This document shows positions 58,101 through 64,000 of a DNA stretch of 64,000 nucleotides, piece after piece (the stretch's first letter is position 1; every line of letters begins with the position of its first letter). The stretch spans positions 183,900 to 247,899 of the forward strand of contig QMVG01000001.1 of assembly GCA_003660975.1 (NCBI GenBank), in the 5' to 3' direction. Source of the DNA: Candidatus Micrarchaeota archaeon. GTDB taxonomy: Archaea; B1Sed10-29; B47-G15. The notes below the pieces were generated by a model. It was not told where the DNA came from. It saw only the letters and a list, made by a program, of their open reading frames with translations, and searched no databases. The translations under genes and the position numbers were made by a program.

Positions 58101-58874
58101 GCCATAGCAATCTGTATGAGTCCATGAGACACCATCTTCTGAGTACTGCACATCATCCTGTGCATTCTCCTGACTCCAATAGTTTAGCTTTCTTACCGTC
58201 ATATTTTCGTCATTAACGTATTTGCTTGTAAAGTAAGCTCTTATTCCGCTGGGAGATGCAGAAGTTCCAGCTGCCCCCCAGTCAATAGCTATGGTCCAGT
58301 TACCATTGTCCTTATATGGTTTCATCCTGTCAAACCTTACACCTGACCTTGCATAGTAATTCTCGCTGTTGCGCCCATACCAGTTCACATTTGGAAACCG
58401 TGTTCTTGGACTTCCAGCTTTTGGGTTGTTGTAATATACAAAAAATGTCTTGTTTTTGTTGGCAGAGATATTTACAGGGAAGGAAAATTCCACATAATTA
58501 TCAGAACAGTTTCCTATTTTTCTTGGAAATTCATGACCAGAAGCATTGACAACCCTGACATCGTTGCAATCTGCTCTTACTTTGCCACCTGGATTAAAAG
58601 AAACATAGACCACATCATTGGTTCTGGAAACACCATAGCTCTCTGATATGTTAAACATCAACCTATTAGCCCATGACTCATTCCACCAAGAATAAATGGG
58701 GTTAGCAGTAAACGTATAATTAGCGTAGAACCTTACATTTTCATTTGGAATTTTACTGCCTGTAGTATATGGCTTTGGTGTATCTGTTTCATCCCAAATG
58801 TCAAGGGAATCTGAAAAGACAGAATGACTTAACAGTATTAATAATAAGAATATTATTACAGCATTTCTCTTCAT
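52104..58874 (-). CDS. Giant multidomain surface protein/adhesin (DUF2341-like, CARDB, Asp-box propeller), 2256 aa
   Basis: Signal peptide, three WWxxSWxxR DUF2341-like starts, three CARDB-like modules (D...E..E.NN), C-terminal Asp boxes SSDNGNTW and SSDDGESW. Confidence 0.85.
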   Translation of the reverse strand: MKRNAVIIFLLLILLSHSVFSDSLDIWDETDTPKPYTTGSKIPNENVRFYANYTFTANPIYSWWNESWANRLMFNISESYGVSRTNDVVYVSFNPGGKVRADCNDVRVVNASGHEFPRKIGNCSDNYVEFSFPVNISANKNKTFFVYYNNPKAGSPRTRFPNVNWYGRNSENYYARSGVRFDRMKPYKDNGNWTIAIDWGAAGTSASPSGIRAYFTSKYVNDENMTVRKLNYWSQENAQDDVQYSEDGVSWTHTDCYGSCDYWIGSSTVSHKQEWSCAIRAPCGSGTRCDYGNITLTIPPDYDPGSVLIYVITKADNDYWNDTVISTGRFYNVTPKRYELAVDYGNVETYRDCNVTFNYSGTQSPWYHMWYNESKGLSEYIMSFPKEGHFYWNVSCGGDYSSHLEANDSIDVGAAPDFVICSENISVPTALRQGNKARVNISVFNNGSLQGNNVNISLWDGNRYINSTYTNIAGGSSVKVYINWTPAMGGPRTLRVSVDSLDKIGEAKENNNNASKAVNVSYTTYLKIWDETDSGEKYSTGAKYEGQQVTFYANYSNASDPALPIGWWDTSWKRRRKITVTESEGITRVNDVLYLHFDPSSHIREDCKDVRVYDIEAGRELPRKIGRCSNNDVWLSFPVNITASSSKSFYIYYDNLNAGEARKTFPALNWYGLNNEDDYDRAGVRYNRFKPYKSGGYWYITIDWGAAGTANAPSGIRGYFFSYFANESKIEGDYLNYDSQDSDNDDQAYSDDGSSWTLTDCRDGCDYLLGPETPQHEHEWVGGCVAPCSSGTKCDYGYLRIKIPENEDPGSILINVTLKNDTVYWNDTEITELGVFNVTPRRHELSKDIYGEESLSHCYVNFNVSGGWTGWKNMRYNASKKLYEYARSFENPGDFNWNVSCSLDYYEDKRDADTVHISSSPDLNISNSSVAFSDVGRKFQKIYFNITVNNSGSERAVYVNVTLWINTTYVNSTRLNISGHGRNHTVFFWTATKVGKYVVNLSVDPKNEITESLEDNNNITRLLEVRYESKQQIWDSTDAKGGSNVILTGEQAHFYSNYTNKSGYPINKSLASDAHCNISFNISGGWQSRPMRYNVSSALYEFNRSFSSEGVILWNVSCSAMNYDSKTSFDQVFIGNYPELELRDENITFIPSKLYGGNRTLIKVVVFNLGSKKSPYTNISIYIDGNYHNSTRLNISASSHNTTYFFWYPSLGKHSVLLSADPADEKSEPNEKNNNITKRVEAFKLANFDAWDQTEYPKPFTVGKAYPNRSVAFYANYTNVSNELINSSYTNWWNKSWAYRIKFSIDERKNLARLNEPITVKINFSSYGYLSHRSIDRNSIRVVTEDGIAQKKGHPYLITWNTTYSEERPYVTITFDLNISNKSTTKFYVYFDTNESGSKEKPDFGDFYIYHYFVRVANTIDFVSLHDNNSICLEDLNDDGETAHSTCFYNKAATWRYYNTNMAPDNYIIHSTYPVFIYAGMVSRWDTNLNDLEGAVYSVGATVHANHSYYAKTFYILSSNHDSLGTRLWFMTYENPPVNVNIRDFSTGQILATRQISSINPGSSVPYYDLAAGKVAKVEADKNIWIITGESDSFTARDVGYTPLGKNATYYLFPYGTASTRITQVFGKVGTSVTVNWGGGSRTRSIPADKKLIFVNAGSSANTLLEVSADDDISVSWGTLNDQSEYASALGARHVSIGYNVSFYFNGSGFMPINISVLSLMNNTNIVYHDNGNSPNQVSHSNMKAWEAYRIQDGSGASYIKGHVTAKHPVIVYYGGERPLVNNNDEFHVASPLQTRWQYPFNISDGELQKKVPCELFVNDSSIIRKREMRYNKSLGIYTAYYVFPEEKDYNWNITCKADDYEWKSRANSISVRNWFDAKAPIIVIERPSKGGKWNNSWVNVTVKAIDLVSGVKPDSLSVLINSSGALRWKRLGIIESMPIAGGYRIIASSPWEFEGGWHNVTASVSDWYGNENSTSSHFYVNLSLGTQFSIAGRRNFGASQPSIMKDSNNVLSVFHSFLDGMQVYALNSSDNGNTWSRAERLFQYKKMHRTFPCALENPDTSIWLFYLNRSMPYMAYNNDSFKQKRVVASNLSAVRFLDCIAMPNSMALVLEATGNKLYFLRSKGPLNLSLIRWNKSVFIGYGRHPAISRDASGNLHVFYENQSYIWHKVSSDDGESWTNTERLFEGKQVRVLTTASGTHYLVYRNNRRVYIVSSSNWNSPDFIAFGRDPDICQDSLGNNMVLYSMLGSLYYEKPT

Positions 58875-58884
58875 TTACCTGCCC

Positions 58885-59934
58885 CTATATTTCTTTTTTC
58901 TTGGCCTTCAGTGTTTTTAAGTCATAATCAGTATGTAAGAATTCAATAAACTTCTCCTTAATGCCTTTCTTCCTTTCCTCTTTCTTCTCTGCTTTCTCTT
59001 CGGCTTTTTTCACAGGGCTTCCTTTTATGGTTTCAAGAGCCTCTATTTTTTTCATAACAGCTTCGCTTTTTCTACGCTTCATCATGCCAAAGAGTCCTCT
59101 GAAGTCTCCTATTATGTCTCCTTTTAATGTGTGCTTTATCTTCTTGAAGAATTTCAGCTCCTCCCTCTTTTCAACCTTTTTCACTTTCTCACTTGGCATT
59201 TTCTTTGCCGCTTTTTTCATCTTCAAGCTTATGCCGATTATATCCTGAGTTAGCTCTCTTAGGGCAACTGAAGATGGTGCCTCTGGGTCAAAGATAACCA
59301 CAGGTGTTCTATGAGCAATTGCTTCCTGTAATACCCTGTCTTCAGGGATTATTCCCAGTATTCTCTCTTCTGTGATGTTTTCCACTTCTTCTGGTAGGAG
59401 TTCATATTCGTACTCTCCAACCCTATTTATTACCACTCCCAAAACATTTTTCTTGAAGGCTTTAGCAAGCCTGGCGCATCTCAATGCCTCAACAACAGCA
59501 GGAAGCTCTGGGTTAGTGACAATCAAGATGTCATCGCTGTTTTCTATTGTAAGTATCGTTTCCTTACCCAAGCCATCAGGACCATCAAGTATGATAAGGT
59601 CTGATTCTTTCCTAAGCCTTCTTACAACCTTCATCAGCTCTTCCGGGTCTATGTCTTTTAGGTCTTTTAGCACCATAGAAAAGGAGACGATGGTTAGCCC
59701 AGATGGGTGTTCTATCAGAACATCCCTGATTTTCATCTTCCTTTTCAGCACCTTGTCAATCGTGTGCTCAGCAGGCACAAGACCTAAATGCAAACCTGCT
59801 GTCGGAGAGGTAAAATTTGTTTCAACGAGAATATTGTCATATTTATTTTGCTGCAGTAGTGCAGACATGTTAACAGCTATTGTGGTCTTCCCAACACCTC
59901 CCTTTCCTGATATAATGCCTATAACCCTGGCCAT
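58885..59934 (-). CDS. minD: MinD/ParA-family ATPase with basic C-terminal extension
   Basis: ISGKGGVGKTT, IILDGPDGLG, IVTNPE, GVVINRV, GIIPED. Confidence 0.88.
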   Translation of the reverse strand: MARVIGIISGKGGVGKTTIAVNMSALLQQNKYDNILVETNFTSPTAGLHLGLVPAEHTIDKVLKRKMKIRDVLIEHPSGLTIVSFSMVLKDLKDIDPEELMKVVRRLRKESDLIILDGPDGLGKETILTIENSDDILIVTNPELPAVVEALRCARLAKAFKKNVLGVVINRVGEYEYELLPEEVENITEERILGIIPEDRVLQEAIAHRTPVVIFDPEAPSSVALRELTQDIIGISLKMKKAAKKMPSEKVKKVEKREELKFFKKIKHTLKGDIIGDFRGLFGMMKRRKSEAVMKKIEALETIKGSPVKKAEEKAEKKEERKKGIKEKFIEFLHTDYDLKTLKAKKKEI

Positions 59935-60026
59935 AACAGCACCACTCAACAGTAATAAACATAACAGGAATTTATATAAATAGGTAGTGCCTAAGAATTA
60001 CTGGTTCAATATATTGAGTGAAGACT

Positions 60027-60635
60027 ATGAAAAGAGCCATATCTGGAATTGGTGTGCTTATAATTTTTATAGCTTTGATTCTCGTAGCTGCTGTGGCAGC
60101 CATGGTTTTGCTCCAAACAGTTAGCAGCTTGGAAGGTCAAGCATTGGCAACTGGGAAGGAAACCAAAGGAGAGGTATCCACAAAACTTAGGATACAGTCA
60201 GTCATAGGGAAGACAGACAATGCAGAGAACCCCACGAAGGTGGTCTATCTCAGAATTACTGCTAAATTAGCCCCTGGTTCCTCTGATATCATACTGAATC
60301 ACACGATATTTAGATATGCAACAGAGAATGAGGTGATTGCAGGAGCTGCATATAATACAACACCTCCTGGGGAGAACTCCCCAGAAGGGGCATATAAATC
60401 AACAAACAACATAACATATTCTGCTGTTTTCTTGAATTATCCCCCTGACATGTCCCAGAATTTGAAGACAGCTGTTAAGGAAGGAGACATTGTTGAATTC
60501 TGGTATAAACCAACAAACCTCAGAGCAGACACAAATGTTGAAATCTCATTTATTCTGGGAAGCGGAGCAACAGAGACAGTTTACTTCAGGACTCCTTCTG
60601 TGCTAAGGGGACAGTATATGAGCCTCTTCCCGTAA
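60027..60635 (+). CDS. flaB: Archaellin
   Basis: MKRAISGIGVLIIFIALILVAAVAAMVLLQT..QALATG..VST, LAPGS..I.L. Confidence 0.95.
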   Translation: MKRAISGIGVLIIFIALILVAAVAAMVLLQTVSSLEGQALATGKETKGEVSTKLRIQSVIGKTDNAENPTKVVYLRITAKLAPGSSDIILNHTIFRYATENEVIAGAAYNTTPPGENSPEGAYKSTNNITYSAVFLNYPPDMSQNLKTAVKEGDIVEFWYKPTNLRADTNVEISFILGSGATETVYFRTPSVLRGQYMSLFP

Positions 60636-60704
60636 AGCACAACAAATCTTTAAATACTTAATCCTTTTAATACTCTTAGCTAATAGTATAAATGAGGTAA
60701 TGGA

Positions 60705-61544
60705 ATGAGACTGCAGAACAAGAAAGTGCAAAATTTGGACGAATTGCTAAAATCAACAGTAGGCGAATACGAAGAAAGTCCTGAAGAGGAAAAGCCAGAA
60801 ACAGAGGATATAGAAGGGGAAATAGAGGAAACAGAGGATGAGGAAGCAGAGAAGAAAGAGGAGAAAGAAGAGAAAAAGGAAGAAAAAGCAAAGGTAGATG
60901 TAATAAAGCCAGAAGAAAAGAAGACAGAAGTGGTTGCCCCAGTGACCTCTGTAGCTATAAAACAACTGGAAGCGCGCCTTACGGAATTGGAAGGCGCGAT
61001 AAATATGATAAAAAACACCAATAAGGTAACTGCTCAGCGCCTGGAAAACGTGGAAAAGAACATAGAAGACCTGCTTTCAATATATGAGCTGGTTACTAAT
61101 CAGATAAATCCATTTATTGACGAACAGATAAAACAAGAAAAGCTGCCTCGTGAGGAGAAAGCAGAGAAGAAGACGGAGGAGGCACCAATTAAGAAGAAAG
61201 CTCCAAAAGAAGAAGTAAAAACAATAGAGAAAGTTGGGGGTAAGAAGGTCTTATTAGATAGCCTAGACCTCTCAAAGGCAGAGACAGTTGCGGATGTTAT
61301 AGAGTGGCTTAAATTTCTTATATCAAAGGTGGGACATCAGGGCTTGGAAAGAGTGTTGGATTATTATGTGGTTGTTGGTTGGATATCAGAAGATGTGAAG
61401 CAGCAGTTAATAACATACAGCAAAGGAATTCGTGTCCCAGATGAACCTGTTTATGACACAGAGGTCTCAATGCCCAAACTGGATGCAAAAGACCATGAGG
61501 AATCACTGAGGTATATAGGCAAGATAAAAGGGTTTGTAATATAG
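60705..61544 (+). CDS. Archaellum accessory protein, ArlC-ArlD/E fusion
   Basis: ArlC-like NIEDLLSIYELVTNQINPF. ArlD/E-like WLKFLISKVG..LDYYVVVGWISE..DHEESLRYI. Confidence 0.85.
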   Translation: MRLQNKKVQNLDELLKSTVGEYEESPEEEKPETEDIEGEIEETEDEEAEKKEEKEEKKEEKAKVDVIKPEEKKTEVVAPVTSVAIKQLEARLTELEGAINMIKNTNKVTAQRLENVEKNIEDLLSIYELVTNQINPFIDEQIKQEKLPREEKAEKKTEEAPIKKKAPKEEVKTIEKVGGKKVLLDSLDLSKAETVADVIEWLKFLISKVGHQGLERVLDYYVVVGWISEDVKQQLITYSKGIRVPDEPVYDTEVSMPKLDAKDHEESLRYIGKIKGFVI

Positions 61545-61552
61545 GTGTTTAA

Positions 61553-62032
61553 ATGGGTTTTAGCACAGTTGCTGCACAAGCAATATTTTTCATAGTTGTA
61601 ATCTTAGCAGCTGTTTCTTTATCTGCTGTTTTTATATCCTATATGGATGCAACAACCGCTGCAACAGGCCTGCGTTCTAGGACTCTTATAAAACAGATGA
61701 GCACGGACATTGTTGTGACAGATGTCGTTGCCAATGCCACTAACTTTACTGTTTCTCTTAGAAATGTTGGTGACACAATCCTTGTTCCGAACCTGACAGA
61801 TGTGTTTATAAGTGGAGCATATGTCAGTAGGAGCAATAGGACCGTTTATGTTGAGGCTTCAACAGATACAAGGAATTCTGGTTTATGGGACCCCTATGAG
61901 AGGCTTATCATAAAGGGATGGACTTTGGGGAATCACAGGCTCACAGTAGGCCAGACATATGAGATGAAGGTAGAGGAAGAGCACGGCATTTCTGCCACAT
62001 ATGAGTTTGTGCCTAGCGATGGACCTATATAG
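61553..62032 (+). CDS. Archaellum accessory protein ArlF/ArlG
   Basis: MGFSTVAAQAIFFI.., QMSTDI, RNVG, DVFISG, LWDPYE. Confidence 0.8.
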   Translation: MGFSTVAAQAIFFIVVILAAVSLSAVFISYMDATTAATGLRSRTLIKQMSTDIVVTDVVANATNFTVSLRNVGDTILVPNLTDVFISGAYVSRSNRTVYVEASTDTRNSGLWDPYERLIIKGWTLGNHRLTVGQTYEMKVEEEHGISATYEFVPSDGPI

Positions 62033-62043
62033 GAGAGGTCTAT

Positions 62044-62790
62044 ATGGATGCTATCGGTATAGAGCAAATAAAAAATAAAGAGAGACCTCCAGAAGTCCTA
62101 TCGTTTACTATAAGAAGGGATGAGTTCTGCAGGAAGCTTGGAGGTGGCTTGCCAAGAGGAAGCATCACATTGCTTGAAGGAGAAGACGGAACTGGAAAGA
62201 GCTTGATATCACAAAGAATATTGTATGGGCTCTTAGAAAACGGTTTTACTGTAACATACATAAGTACTGACCTCTCAACAAAGGACTTCATACAACAAAT
62301 GCAGTCATTGAATTATGATATCGTTAAATATCTGCTAAACAAGCAACTCCTTTTTATCCCTGTGTTTCCGATAACCAAAAAGCTTAGAAGCAAACCAAAA
62401 AACCTTATAGAAAGAATGATGAGCGCACCACACCTTTTTGAAAACCAAGTGATAATAATAGACTGCTTGACTGTTATGCTGGAAAATGGGAAGATGGATG
62501 GGGAAACTAAATTTAAATTTTCTAATTTTCTCAAAAAGCTTACAGGCATAGACAAGACCCTACTGATAACACTCATACCTGGCTCTACAGCCGAGGATGT
62601 GCACCAATTCTTAACAAGCCTTTGCGATAATATTTTAGTGCTAAAAAGCAAGATATTGGGAACTGACTTGAAGAATTACATCACTGTAATCAAATGGAAG
62701 AGAACAAAGGGAGAGGTAAACAAAATAATAGGTTTCAAAGTTGAGCCCAATATTGGATTTGTGTTGGATATCTCATCATTCGCTGGTTGA
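62044..62790 (+). CDS. flaH: Archaellum ATPase-like protein ArlH (KaiC/RecA fold)
   Basis: KLGGGLPRGS..EGEDGTGKS.ISQRILYG, IIIDCL, FKVEPNIG. Confidence 0.93.
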   Translation: MDAIGIEQIKNKERPPEVLSFTIRRDEFCRKLGGGLPRGSITLLEGEDGTGKSLISQRILYGLLENGFTVTYISTDLSTKDFIQQMQSLNYDIVKYLLNKQLLFIPVFPITKKLRSKPKNLIERMMSAPHLFENQVIIIDCLTVMLENGKMDGETKFKFSNFLKKLTGIDKTLLITLIPGSTAEDVHQFLTSLCDNILVLKSKILGTDLKNYITVIKWKRTKGEVNKIIGFKVEPNIGFVLDISSFAG

Positions 62791-62799
62791 GGTGCTTTT

Positions 62800-63006
62800 A
62801 TGAAGACAGGCAGGGAAGGGAATGCAGTAATGCTGGTTATTATTCTGATGCTGGCATTTGCGATGTTGGCTGCATATATATTTACATCAAATGTGTCAGA
62901 GGCTTCATACTCTGAAAAAATTATTTCTTCAAACAACTCAAGTGCCCTGTCTTCTGGCTTCCTTAACAAAAGCAAGGAGAAAATTATTACTGAAGGACCA
63001 AAATAG
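62800..63006 (+). CDS. Small single-TM protein between arlH and arlI
   Basis: GAGGTG RBS. Translation begins MKTGREGNAVMLVIILMLAFAMLAAYIF. Confidence 0.6.
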   Translation: MKTGREGNAVMLVIILMLAFAMLAAYIFTSNVSEASYSEKIISSNNSSALSSGFLNKSKEKIITEGPK

Positions 63007-63042
63007 CAAACTTTATTTAAACCCAATACCTTTTATCTCTGT

Positions 63043-64000
63043 ATGAAAAAGATGCCTAAGCAGAAGGTGCAACAGCTTATAAGAGATAACCCTCATTTGG
63101 CAGAAGCTCTTAAAAAAATAAAAAAAGAATTTGGAAAACTACCTGTATTTTACGAAGAGCTTTCTCTTGATATGCTAGGGCAAAGAGAGTATAACATTAT
63201 ATACCCTGTTTCTTCAGTTCTTTTCGTTCACGCATACAAGCTTATAGGCGATGAGCCGAAGTATAATGTGATTGAACCTAAACTCACAGCACAGGAAGAG
63301 AAGTTGTATGAGTACATCCTTACTAAGATAACTCAAATAGCACCCAAATTCTATGATAAGAAAAAATCCCATTTCCAAAACCTGCTTACTATGGCAAAAG
63401 AAACAGTAAAGTTCCAAAAGCAGAGCGCTTTCCAAAATTTTATAGATAAGTACTTCACAGAGGAAACAAAACCAGTAATCAGCAAGAAAACATTTGACAA
63501 GATAATGTACTTTATAAAGAAGAATATTTTGGGTTACAGCATCATAGAGACATTATTTGATGACCCGTACATAGAAGACATATCAGGAGGCATGAGCGGT
63601 ATTTTTATTGTCCACAAGATATTTGGCAACATAAAAACAGAGATTAGATTTGAAACAGAGGACGAATTGGATGAATACCTCTTTCTTTTAGGAGACAAAA
63701 TGGACAAGAAGGTATCAATGGCAGAACCAATAATAGAGGGAGCCACACCTGATGGCTCCAGGATAGCAATTTTGTACGGAAAGGACGTGTCTAGAAGAGG
63801 CTCTTCATTTACCTTAAGAAAATTTGAAGAACATCCTCTCAGCATAATTGACTTGGTAAGAGAAAACACCATGAGTTCTGAGGAAGCAGCATACTTCTGG
63901 CTCTGCCTTGAGCATGGCATGAGCGGCTTTATTTGCGGAGAAACAGCGTGCGGAAAGACAACCACTTTAAGGGCCTTAACAGCCTTCATAAGACCCAATC
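63043..64000 (+). CDS. flaI: Archaellum motor ATPase ArlI (3' end runs off the window)
   Basis: Manual translation: NPHL..NIIYPV..YNVIEP..DPYIEDIS..PDGSRI..SRRGSSFTLRKF..AAYFWLCLE..GETACGKTT. Confidence 0.93.
   Translation, partial: MKKMPKQKVQQLIRDNPHLAEALKKIKKEFGKLPVFYEELSLDMLGQREYNIIYPVSSVLFVHAYKLIGDEPKYNVIEPKLTAQEEKLYEYILTKITQIAPKFYDKKKSHFQNLLTMAKETVKFQKQSAFQNFIDKYFTEETKPVISKKTFDKIMYFIKKNILGYSIIETLFDDPYIEDISGGMSGIFIVHKIFGNIKTEIRFETEDELDEYLFLLGDKMDKKVSMAEPIIEGATPDGSRIAILYGKDVSRRGSSFTLRKFEEHPLSIIDLVRENTMSSEEAAYFWLCLEHGMSGFICGETACGKTTTLRALTAFIRPN

Noticed and set aside
59372-59983. 203-aa plus-strand ORF
   Set aside because: Antisense shadow of minD.
63534-63998. 154-aa minus-strand ORF
   Set aside because: Antisense to the clear plus-strand arlI frame.

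Overview
Gene-dense archaeal chromosome segment. Archaeal markers include TFE, aTrm56, Taw1, GGR, a histone, an archaellum operon and GGAGG/GGTGA ribosome-binding sites. The pilin signal peptides and orphan genes suggest a DPANN-like lineage (inference). The first ~18.6 kb is mostly housekeeping: glyA, a double-domain thyX, taw1, PRC-barrel, a truncated Rqc2, rhomboid, GGR with ferredoxin, cysK, an unannotated short histone, RecJ/GAN, dtdA, lhr and translin, plus a tandem pair of basic atypical kinases. The 18.6-24.8 kb region is the most unusual. It has long AT-rich intergenic stretches and four winged-helix proteins. An AAA+/wHTH ATPase has its promoter flanked by ten helically phased CGTGTA repeats (origin- or centromere-like) and is followed by an unannotated 46-aa gene. 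The region also holds a CdpB-like PRC-barrel gene, initiator tRNA-Met and a C/D box sRNA predicted to guide 16S Cm1402. From 25 kb on the window is dominated by cell-surface genes: secreted glycoproteins, a GbsR-COG1361-ABC operon, a 1242-aa repetitive coiled coil, a type IV pilus cluster, a 2256-aa nested-domain adhesin, MinD and a compact archaellum operon that runs off the end. No CRISPR array, rRNA, integrase or transposase was seen. All calls come from motif reading by eye, not database searches.
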